A stretch of 64,000 nucleotides of DNA from Epithemia pelagica (Eukaryota > Protista > Bacillariophyta), in contig OX337228.1 in the NCBI GenBank assembly GCA_946965045.2, positions 3,162,001-3,226,000 on the forward strand, written 5' to 3'. The first letter of the stretch is position 1, and each line of letters opens with the position of its first letter. The notes below the pieces were generated by a model. It searched no databases. It was not told where the DNA came from and saw nothing but the letters and a program-made list of their open reading frames with translations. A program made the translations under genes and the position numbers. Of this stretch, positions 33,447 through 43,073 are shown piece after piece.

Positions 33447-34835
33447 CTACGAGAGGGGCTTCCAAAAGCCCCAACATTGTCCTTCACAAACCTCTATAGG
33501 TTTTGAACATGATCGACATCTTTTCTTGGCGTTCCGATCGACTGCCAGGGCCCCCTCTTGAAGTTTAGCAATGTGGGCTTGAATCTTGTCCATTTGTCGC
33601 AACAATGTACGCCGAACATTCTTACTAGTGCTCTTCTCTCGTAGAACAGAGAGCTCGTTGTACTGAACTTGCAACTCACTCTGATCGAACACCTCCAAGA
33701 ATGTGAAGTAGCAGCTCTTCCATGATTGATGCCGTCCGCAGTGGTATTCTCTCAACACATTGGTACAATCCGGACAGACGAGAACTAGAGTACGACATAC
33801 TGTGCACAATTTTGACCCTGAAAGCTGTTCGAAGGGACTGAAGCATTCAATGCATTTTCCGACAATTTCATGGGATTCCTTAGAGATGTTCTCCATGTCT
33901 CCCAGGCGACAGTCCGAGGGCCGGACGGCAACTCGTTGGTCAAACACAAAATTCAACCCACGGAAAAGGCCATGATCCCCATATTCCTCCAAGTATCGAT
34001 GTATCCCTCCTTTCAATTGCGAAACATCTTTTACCCCTCGTTTCTTCAGCATGACCGAAGCCTTCTCGCAACGAATTCCACCGGTGCAGTACATCAGCAC
34101 CTTCTTATCCCGCAAAGAGTCTGCATTGTGAGCGCAGAATGTGTCGTCAAAGGAGCTGAACGTCATTGTATTTGGGTTGATTGCTTGGTGATTTGTGTTA
34201 GGATTGACAAAATGCCCAATGTCGTACTCAAAAGTATTCCGAACGTCAAGAAGTACCACGTTGTCATTCGCCAAGATTGCATCATGGAACTCAGAGGGAG
34301 ATAGATGTGTGCCCCCAAGTTTTGGGATATCCTCCACAGGTATCGAATCGTTGGTGCTGATTATTTCCTTCACCACAGCTATTTTCAGATCTGGAAAGGG
34401 CTCAATCGATGATCCAACGCCAACGGTGGATCTTTTCCAATCAATATCAACGAACAAATATTCAGTGGCTGAATCCGCGCCCGATGGATGCTCAACTCCA
34501 TCGGGGACTCCAAACTCACGCACAAGTTCAAACTTTTCAACTTCGTCAATGTATCTTTGCAGACCGTCTGGGGATGCAGCTGAAAGGTTGCCGTTGACTC
34601 CTTCGCGAGAGAGCAAGATTCGTCCTTTCAATCCGAGTCGTTCACAAAGACCTCTTTGATAGGACTCAAGTCGCTTTTCATAGTACGATGCATAAAGATG
34701 TAACAAAGGATACTGGCTGGGGAGAAAGTACTTGTAGAACAGTACGATGGATGAATGAAATGTCGGACCATCTTGCTGGACTGGAAGTTGTTGTCGATTG
34801 TCGTTCATGGTCGAAAAATGTGGTCTGACCGACAT
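33447..34835 (-). CDS. Rhodanese-domain protein, TrhO/YceA/TSTD2 (UPF0176) family
   Basis: LFYKY, LKGRILLSREGVNG, LLDVRNTFEYDIGHF, LMYCTGGIRCEKAS, QLKGGIHRYL, FVFDQR, Cys-rich C-terminus. Confidence 0.88.
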   Translation of the reverse strand: MSVRPHFSTMNDNRQQLPVQQDGPTFHSSIVLFYKYFLPSQYPLLHLYASYYEKRLESYQRGLCERLGLKGRILLSREGVNGNLSAASPDGLQRYIDEVEKFELVREFGVPDGVEHPSGADSATEYLFVDIDWKRSTVGVGSSIEPFPDLKIAVVKEIISTNDSIPVEDIPKLGGTHLSPSEFHDAILANDNVVLLDVRNTFEYDIGHFVNPNTNHQAINPNTMTFSSFDDTFCAHNADSLRDKKVLMYCTGGIRCEKASVMLKKRGVKDVSQLKGGIHRYLEEYGDHGLFRGLNFVFDQRVAVRPSDCRLGDMENISKESHEIVGKCIECFSPFEQLSGSKLCTVCRTLVLVCPDCTNVLREYHCGRHQSWKSCYFTFLEVFDQSELQVQYNELSVLREKSTSKNVRRTLLRQMDKIQAHIAKLQEGALAVDRNAKKRCRSCSKPIEVCEGQCWGFWKPLS

Positions 34836-35152
34836 CCGACCACTGGATACGGATACCCTTAGGTAGTAGTGCTAGCTACTCGATCTACCATAGCTACAAG
34901 TTCACAGGGATTAGGGATGTTTCTATCGCAACACAATCCAAAAGTCCACGTCCTTCCTACTCCTACGAAAATTCGACAATACAACAACAGAAGATACTAT
35001 TTTCATGTTGTTATGGATGCCCTCGTTTGAAATGGTTCACAAGTGCTGAGAGCAAATGTGCATATAAGAGTTACATGCGACAGTCACACGACCAACCCCA
35101 CTTCCAGTTCCAGCAGCTAGAGTAGGACTTCAAGTTTTCATCGAGCGAACGC

Positions 35153-35694
35153 TTATTTCTTGGTGAATTTGTTTAGTGGAGAGAATGGTTCCGGCACCCA
35201 GCGGTTCGATAAGTAGACACTCTCTCCAACTTTCCATCCAGGAACATCTTTCATAGTTTCTCGTTCGAATGCCAAAGCTTTTTCCTTCTGTGCAATATAC
35301 GCTAGGTCAGACTCTGCCTGGAGAAATGGCACCATTGTAATCCGCGCTTCACGTTCAAGGAAATTTTCCTTTGAGATTCGGGTATTTTCGTTGGTAATCA
35401 TCCAATAACCGTATACCGTTGCAAATATACCAGCTCCCCACATCATTCTAGCACTTGGTCCACGGGCTCTGGCTTTTTCGAAAAAATTGATCTGTTAAAG
35501 AGAGATATTTTCATTGCGTTGATAAAAGAACCAAGTTCGGGATAAGACCTAATAGACCAGATTGTGGCAGAAACAATGTGTGTGTGCGAGGAAGTGTCGA
35601 CCGCTTCAGCACCTTGTTGTCAACTCACCTCAGGGAAACCTCCCGGTGGAGGCATATCCTGCTTGTAATTCTTAAATTCGGGGCGGAAACTCAT
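35153..35694 (-). CDS. NDUFA13: NADH:ubiquinone oxidoreductase B16.6/GRIM-19; exons 35694-35629 and 35491-35153
   Basis: KQDMPPPGGF, ARITMVPFLQAESD, MKDVPGWKVGESVY; 137-nt intron 35492-35628. Confidence 0.93.
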
Positions 35695-36071
35695 GGTGAT
35701 GAAAACGGATTCAACAAACTTCGATGACAAAGAGTACGCCTCCTTTGGATGGGTCCATCAACAACATGAACATGAGTGTGGATGATGTGCGGGTGTGGGA
35801 CGCCGTCGCGATGGTACAAAATACCTGTATAGTCATATTGATTACCTTATTATATTTACTCTGAATCCTATAGTAATCTTTTGTGGTCAGTGTCTGGTCA
35901 TGGCAAATGGCAACGCCCTACCTCTAGCTCTAGCTAGAGCCCCACCATCGCGACATCATGTGAGCCACAAAAAATTTGGAAAAAATGAGACCTTTAGATT
36001 TCAGACGAACCATACAATCTTTGGATATCTTTGAGTGAGAGCATCACAAATAATCATATCGAACGAAGATC

Positions 36072-37622
36072 ATGCGACACGGTCCCGTGATACGTGCAAT
36101 GACGAAAGCGGCCTTGACGTCTTCCACCACCACCAGGAGAGACGTTCCGATCGATGACATGCTACAGAGCCAACCAGTGCCATGTCAAAGCAGAAGCCAA
36201 CGTGTGACGAGGAGCAGTCTGGCCGTTGGACTGGGAGATACAACTAGTAGCGTCCCAGCAGATGGAACCATATCAGAGACTGTGATTCCCGTTCCCGTGC
36301 CTGAAGAATCCGCACTGTATGCCATTCCATCCAATCTTTCTCCCATCTACCGTCGGATTCCGACACTTGCAAATTTGGGGATATGGACGGCATCATTATC
36401 GTTGTCAGCTCTCTCTTCGTTCAGAAAAATTGAATGGATGTGGATCCGTTCCCTTGTTGCTCTCCGTACGAACAAAGTACAATGGAGCAAGGTTCTCAAT
36501 TTTGTGGTCAAAACAGTTGTCTTGGCACTGGCCTTTTCCGTGACAATTCAAGAAACCTTGTTGCCACCCTCTAGAATATCGACCGAGCAGCTCGTGCAAA
36601 AGTACTTCTTGCCCTCCAAGTTTTCACTGTACGAGCCAATCGGATTTGAAGCAAAGCAGGGCACAGATAGCACGTTGACATTGGGAGTCCACCATTTGGT
36701 GTGTCCAGCGGAATCCATTTCGGTCAATCAAACTGGATTGATTTATTTGAATCATGGGTTTGGAGCCTCCTCCTTGTCTTGGCTTCCGGCTATGAGACCC
36801 CTGGTAGAAAGGCTTGGGTATCGCTGCGCTGTGGCCCACGATGCACCAGGGTTTGGTTTCACGGCTCGTCCCGATCCCCGGGGTCATGAGAATGGACTGG
36901 AACCCTATACATCGCGAGGTTCCTCGGCGATTGGATGTCATCTTGTTTCCAAATTCCAAAAAGATCCTGCGGAACGACTGGTTCTCATGGGGCATTCCAT
37001 GGGTGCCGTCACGACGCTTCGTATGGCACTGCAACTACCGGATCATGTGGAAACACGCATCGTCTTGGTAGCGCCCGCTTTGGGTCTACGACCAAGCAGC
37101 AGAACAAAGAGGAGGTCACGTACTTCAACAACAACAACTTCACGAGCAATGGCGGTAAGACGGCATGTATCGACCCTGCTTCAACGAGTGACGGATCCGA
37201 TTGGTGCCTATGTATTGCGTCGCGCCGTGGGTCGACGGGGATTTTGGAGGGCAGGATTGCAAGTGGCGTGGGGAAGTGCTGGGAAGGTATCGGATACCGA
37301 TGTCTTGAGATTTCAATGGCCCTCCATTGTACAAGGTTGGGATCGGGGGCTGATTACCTTTTCTCGAGCTCAATTTGTTCCTATGGAAGAGACAGACCAA
37401 GAGTTGCTTCAACAGGTCCTGTCTCGGCCCAATACAACGATTCATGTCATTTACGGGGACCGTGACCGCGTTGTACCACCCCGTACCATTCAAAGCTTTT
37501 TCCAGTCGCATGCCCCAGCAGTTACATTGACAGAACTACCAGGGCTGGGACATGACCCTTTCGAAGAAGACGTTCCTCTCTTTGTGGATACTGTAATGCA
37601 ACTATTGCAGCCGACCGCGTAA
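36072..37622 (+). CDS. Alpha/beta hydrolase fold protein
   Basis: HGFGAS oxyanion motif, DAPGFG, GHSMG nucleophile elbow, GDRDRVV, GHDPFEE. Confidence 0.88.
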   Translation: MRHGPVIRAMTKAALTSSTTTRRDVPIDDMLQSQPVPCQSRSQRVTRSSLAVGLGDTTSSVPADGTISETVIPVPVPEESALYAIPSNLSPIYRRIPTLANLGIWTASLSLSALSSFRKIEWMWIRSLVALRTNKVQWSKVLNFVVKTVVLALAFSVTIQETLLPPSRISTEQLVQKYFLPSKFSLYEPIGFEAKQGTDSTLTLGVHHLVCPAESISVNQTGLIYLNHGFGASSLSWLPAMRPLVERLGYRCAVAHDAPGFGFTARPDPRGHENGLEPYTSRGSSAIGCHLVSKFQKDPAERLVLMGHSMGAVTTLRMALQLPDHVETRIVLVAPALGLRPSSRTKRRSRTSTTTTSRAMAVRRHVSTLLQRVTDPIGAYVLRRAVGRRGFWRAGLQVAWGSAGKVSDTDVLRFQWPSIVQGWDRGLITFSRAQFVPMEETDQELLQQVLSRPNTTIHVIYGDRDRVVPPRTIQSFFQSHAPAVTLTELPGLGHDPFEEDVPLFVDTVMQLLQPTA

Positions 37623-37793
37623 GCATATCCATAAATAGCTGCTCCTATCCGTCTCACTTTCTACTACAATCTTTACAATTGGCTTTGATCTTGAACGAGT
37701 CTCGTTTCGAATTGGCCGTTACCTTCTTTCGCTTATACATGTCATTACCATTACCTACTACCTATTCCTAAAAGTACAGAGTGTGGGGGTTTC

Positions 37794-39175
37794 TTATTGA
37801 TGGGATGAAGGCGCCACAACAATGGGGTTCTCATGCGTCCCTTCCACAGCCGTGACTGAATTCTTGTCATTTGGATCTTGTTGTTCTTCTGGAGGGTCCT
37901 CCTTGGACTCGGCGGCCATGAGTTCCAACATTTCTCGTTCGGTTGCCTGCAACAATTTGTCAAATAGACACAAGAACAATTCGTCACATAGACACAAGAA
38001 AAGGTGAGAGAATCCTGTACAGTTCACAACACGACAAGGAATACTTCACGACCCACCGCGACAGCAACGATCCTTACCTGTCCAGTAAACCACAATACAG
38101 CTCTCGGACAGACTTCTCCTCGCAGAGCTTGGGCAATCTCAAAGTCATCGGTGAATTGTTCTTCCATTTCCTCCACTTCTTCTTCGTCCATGGTTTCAAT
38201 GTTTTGATTGGTTGGCATGGGAGGTGGCGTGAACCAATGAAAGAAGGACTCTTTCTTTTCTGTTTTCGTCACGGTTCGAATCTGCCCCGCTTTCTTACCC
38301 TTGCCCCGTTGTTTCTTTTGAAAGCGACGAAAGGTCAAACAATGTTCGTCGTCCCGCCAATCAATAGTACAGCCAGTCACGTGTTTCAACAAGGGTTCAT
38401 CGGACAGGAGTAAGTTGGGAACTTGATATGTTTTAGTCAAGACAGTATTGGAAAAGTAGGGATTGGATTGAAAGTGAAAAGAAATGCAAAATCCCTGTCC
38501 CTTGTCGTCATCGACACAGGTCACATCCTGCAAATGTTCCAAGCAATCGACATCGTCTTCGGTAATGATTTCTCCCACTGTATCGTGATTGGATAAGGCT
38601 GTGACCCAAAAATGAGGAATTCCTGCAACAGCAACTTCCTCATCGGGTGCAGCTACTGCGGCTCCATTGGACCCTGCTGCTTCGCCTTCTTCCCGCTGGT
38701 TGCCAGGTGAATCGGTGGCAGGTTGGTCTGGATGTTGTTGTTGTTGTTGTTGTTCAGAGTTGCTATCAGTATGGTTTCCATTGTAAGTGGTAGCTCTCTC
38801 CGTAGTGTCATTGTCGTCCTGTCCTTGAACAATAACCTTGCGCTTTTGGTAGAGAGGTTCAAAGAGTTTTGCATAGCGACGTTCCAGTACGGCTCGTTCT
38901 TGAGTGTATTGCTCCATGATACTTTCCCGTTCTTTATCCAAAGCTTGTAACTCTTCGACGCGTTTCACAACAGGGGCTGGCAACCGACTCATGATATTCT
39001 CTTCGTCCTCATCATCGTCGTCGTCCTCCTCCTCCTCGTCCTCGTCATTGGTTTCATTGTCTGGCTCATCCTCTTCGTCCTCCTCTTTGTTTTCGGGATA
39101 TTCGACAACTGCTTGTTCTTGGGTATCATTCTTTTTGTCTTCTGCCTCTTCAGGCGATGCCGATTCGGGTGCCAT
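37794..39175 (-). CDS. NAP1: Nucleosome assembly protein; exons 39175-38078 and 37946-37794
   Basis: GIPHFW, NPYFSNTVLTKTY, GCTIDW, SFFHWF, AVLWFTG; acidic tracts; intron 37947-38077. Confidence 0.92.
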
Positions 39176-39379
39176 GATCGAATCCTTTTAGTAGAGATAC
39201 TGAAAAGAAGCGCTCTCGAATGTAAAATGTAGCGCCATTGTGTTGTTGGGGTTGGGAGACGCGCAGGCGTCCAGCAAATGAATACGAATACGGATAGGCA
39301 CACACATTTTTCGCGATTGCTCTTTGTCGTGTACTTCCGAATCGCACCATATCATAGCGCGTCTCATCTGCGACCTATC

Positions 39380-41374
39380 ATGAAAAGATTTTCCCATAGC
39401 CATCACCATCACCTCCCAGCTTGTCGTTGGACTGTTGGAATGATGAGGACCATGATGATGATGAAAAGGGGCCCCATGCTCTCCTTGCTTTGGGGCTGTG
39501 GAACCCTGATGCCGTCCGTTTCATTATCTTCCTCTGCTTCTCAATCGGAGAGTCCTGCTGGTCGGCGTGTTCCTCCGATTGTGTATACGATTGCCGGCTC
39601 CGATTCGGGGGGAGGAGCCGGCATTCAAGCGGATTTGCATGCCATTCACAGCATGGCCTGTCATGGATGTTCGGCCATTACCTGTTTGACAGCACAAAAT
39701 TCACAGGGTGTGACAGAGGTCCATGCTCCCCCGTCGTCCTTTCTGGGACAACAATTGCAAACCTTGACGGACGATTTGCCCCCTCGCGCCGTCAAAATTG
39801 GCATGTTGGGGACCCGAGAACTGGCGCAACAAGTGGGAACCTTTTTGCAACACCAACAAACCAAAAATCATGAAAAACAAAATGTATGGGTTGTTTTGGA
39901 TCCTGTCATGATTTCGACTTCGGGTCATCGGTTGATTGAAGACGACGCGCAAACGGCCATGGTACAATCTGTCTTTCCTCATGCCAATGTCATTACACCC
40001 AATTTGTATGAAGCTCAGGCATTCTTGTTGTCATCATCATCATCCTCTAAATCATCGTGGTCGACACGCCGCGAGATAGAATCGGCCGCTCATGACTTTT
40101 TGACGAAATACGAGAATGCAAAAGCGGTTTTGATCAAGGGAGGACACGTCTTGTTTGACCAAGACAAAAACGACAAGGACACTGCAGATCCTAGCTCAGC
40201 ACCGCCACATCGAAAAGCTCTTGATTACTTCTTGGCCCGAAATACTGACAATAGCAACCAGGAACCTCGTTTGTGTGATGGACATTTGGGTATCTGGCTC
40301 GAATCCAACTGGTTCGATACCGTTCATACCCATGGAACAGGGTGTACCTTGTCATCCTCCATGGCGGCAGCCTTGGCCTTGGGCGAAGAAGCACGACAAC
40401 AACAAGAATCACCCAATGCGGTTGTGAACAATTCACCGCCCTTGTTTTCGTCGGGCGCCATGCAAGCCATGGATTGTGTCGATGCCTCTTGTTTGGCCAA
40501 GGCCTATGTGACATCCGGCATTCAACAATCGGTGGGTTTGGGACAGGGACCAGGGCCAGTAGCACATACCGGTTTTCCATCCTCCCATGAAACCTTTCCC
40601 TCTATTCGGATCGTTCCCTGGAATCCTCTTGAGAAACAAGAGCAACCGTCTGGAACCTTTACTCCGCTACTATCATATTTTGCATCCCAGACAGAGTCTC
40701 AAAAAAAAGCACAGGATCCGTCCAAGGACGAGGTAATGGGTCGTATCTATCCTATTGCGGATAGCGTGGAATGGGTACACCGGTTGTGTCAAGTACCGGG
40801 TATTACCGATATTCAATTGCGTCTCAAGGGTGAAACGGACGATGCTCGGATTGCCGAATTGGTCCAACAAGCCCAAGACTTTTGTACAGCAGCGTCCAAA
40901 GCTAAAGAACAAGGTAGGATTCGTTTGTGGATAAATGATTATTGGCAAGCAGCTATCCAAGCCAAGTGTTTTGGAGTTCATTTGGGACAAGAAGATTTGT
41001 ATCAGTGTTGGAAACAGGGTGGTTTGGCTCAATTACAAGAGTACAACATGGCCTTGGGTGTATCGACGCATTCATACGGAGAATTGGCGGTGGCGTTGGG
41101 TCTCAAGCCCAGTTATGTCAGCTTGGGACCCATTTTTGGAACGCAAAGCAAAACGGTTCACTTTGGCCCGCAGGGACTGGAAACGATTACCCAATGGCGA
41201 CAGTTTGTTCCACCCCGTGTTCCGTTAGTAGTAATTGGAGGGATTGGCACACCCGGACTTGCCAAGGCTGTCCGACAAGCTGGCGCCGATAGCGTTGCCG
41301 TCATTGGAGCCGTGACAAACGCACCCAATGTACCGGATGCCGTCGACGCACTCCTACAAGCCATGGAAACATAA
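39380..41374 (+). CDS. TH1: Bifunctional HMP(-P) kinase / thiamine-phosphate synthase (ThiD-ThiE fusion) with N-terminal extension
   Basis: TIAGSDSGGGAGIQAD, VKIGMLG, DPVM, VLIKGGH, HTHGTGCTLSS; ThiE part IQLRLK, INDYW, GVHLGQED, GVSTHS, VVIGGI, AVIGAV. Confidence 0.92.
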   Translation: MKRFSHSHHHHLPACRWTVGMMRTMMMMKRGPMLSLLWGCGTLMPSVSLSSSASQSESPAGRRVPPIVYTIAGSDSGGGAGIQADLHAIHSMACHGCSAITCLTAQNSQGVTEVHAPPSSFLGQQLQTLTDDLPPRAVKIGMLGTRELAQQVGTFLQHQQTKNHEKQNVWVVLDPVMISTSGHRLIEDDAQTAMVQSVFPHANVITPNLYEAQAFLLSSSSSSKSSWSTRREIESAAHDFLTKYENAKAVLIKGGHVLFDQDKNDKDTADPSSAPPHRKALDYFLARNTDNSNQEPRLCDGHLGIWLESNWFDTVHTHGTGCTLSSSMAAALALGEEARQQQESPNAVVNNSPPLFSSGAMQAMDCVDASCLAKAYVTSGIQQSVGLGQGPGPVAHTGFPSSHETFPSIRIVPWNPLEKQEQPSGTFTPLLSYFASQTESQKKAQDPSKDEVMGRIYPIADSVEWVHRLCQVPGITDIQLRLKGETDDARIAELVQQAQDFCTAASKAKEQGRIRLWINDYWQAAIQAKCFGVHLGQEDLYQCWKQGGLAQLQEYNMALGVSTHSYGELAVALGLKPSYVSLGPIFGTQSKTVHFGPQGLETITQWRQFVPPRVPLVVIGGIGTPGLAKAVRQAGADSVAVIGAVTNAPNVPDAVDALLQAMET

Positions 41375-41586
41375 AAACCGGCATGCTTCGTAAATAGGTC
41401 GAGCAGAACATTAATGCAAACCTAAGAATCAAATGTACAGCATCTTTGCGCTCTTTCGGAAAGAGTCAAAGATATCTTTTACAACACTCTTACTTCGTCA
41501 TACTAAAGGTAGACACCATACTAGCTATTCCAAAGTAGCCAGATTCTTACCGACTACCACATTTTGCCTCACTCTCGTTTGGTAGG

Positions 41587-42647
41587 TTAGTTCCCTTTTT
41601 TGCGTTTTCCAAACAAATCTTCTAAAATCTTTTTGGAAACATCACCAAACTGATACTCGTCTTTCCCTGTGAAATTGGCGAGTGCCTTTTTGGTGATATC
41701 TCCAAACTGGTAATTAGCTGCCGCTTCTTCTCCGAGAAACTCCTTGACCCAGTTTTGCCGGTGTTCTTCCACCTTTCTGGAAATATCACCAAACTCGTAG
41801 GGTTGACCGGTGAATTCTTCGACACGATTCATGACCCGAGAGGCCACTGCTCGACTCAAGTCACCTGGTTCGTATTCGTCCTTGCCTGCGAATTGTGCCA
41901 CGGCCGTCTTGACTCGATTATCCAATTCGATGCTCAAATCACCAGCTTCATAGGGTTTGCCTGTCAATTCTTCCGTCATTTGTTTACTCGCCTCATCCAT
42001 GGCCAAGACAAAGTCACCCAGTTCATCTATGCTCCCATTGGGCCAAAAACAAGCAAAATGACAGAAGGAGAAAACAAGACAGACAAAAGAAGATGGAAAG
42101 TGAGTCAATTTGCATTGTGATTGAGAAGAGACACCTCTGGATGTTCCACAAGACGACTGAAACACCCAACCCAGTTTCTCTTTGAGAGATCTCTGTAAAA
42201 GAGTAGTAGTACTCGGCACTTACAGTCATCCTTCCCTCTGAATTTGGCAACTTCTTCCTTGACCTTGGTATCCAGTTGCTTGCTGATATCACCCATTTTG
42301 TAGTCATCCTTTCCCAGAAATTCACGGGCATTCTTTTTCAAATCTTCCAGAACGGCCACCCGAACGACTTCGGAGAGTTCCATAGACACGCCCATCCATT
42401 CATCATCAGCCACCAAGTTTCCCACGGCTTCTTTCTTGGCATCTTCTGATTCAAATTGAATGACATCATCGCCGTCGGTATTGCTGTCCGCCGCGTCAAA
42501 GAGTCGCATGGAGGAGAAAGGACCCCGCCATGAGTGGTGAGCTGGAGTGGCGGGAGTGTTCCTGAAGCAAGAAGGACTCCAAGCTTCAATGACAATCCAT
42601 TGCATTAATATTGTTGTAAACAAAAAGGAACAAGGTGCTTTCATCAT
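41587..42647 (-). CDS. Putative plastid-targeted protein with seven GK(DD/DE/P)Y-x-x-GD repeats; exons 42647-42224 and 42026-41587
   Basis: Signal peptide ending EAW-SP; intron 42027-42223 restores GKDDYELGD; spliced length 288 codons. Confidence 0.75.
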
Positions 42648-43073
42648 GGTGATTGTTAGAAGATGATGGCTTTGAGAGTGACAACAAGAAAACAAACTGA
42701 TGAGTCAATCTTGACATTGAAAGATTCGATGTGCAAGAAAAACAATTGTGAGAGAAGGTGTAGATTTCGTTCCCATGAGGTAGCCTTGTTGTGCGATTGC
42801 GCGAGCAAGTCACGCCACGAAATACCACGTGGCATAGGTCAGTCGCTCGGTTCAAGTTCCCCGTGGAAGTGGAAATGTGAGGGTGTTTCGCCGCGCGATG
42901 TGGTTGATTGTTGGCGGATGCATCAGATTCGATCTCCATCCACATGGCAAAGAACACGCAGAGAGATTGAGAGTTGCGGTCGTTCTGATTCCCTCCTACA
43001 CCTCTGCTCCGATTGCCGCTCAAGGGAATCCGCACATTACGCGTGAGATTGCAGAAGGAGAGAAGAAGAGAAC

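Noticed and set aside
7896-34835. ELP3 and the TrhO-like gene, both linked to tRNA U34 modification, as a functional cluster
   Set aside because: They are about 24 kb apart with unrelated genes between; co-occurrence is unremarkable in a gene-dense genome.
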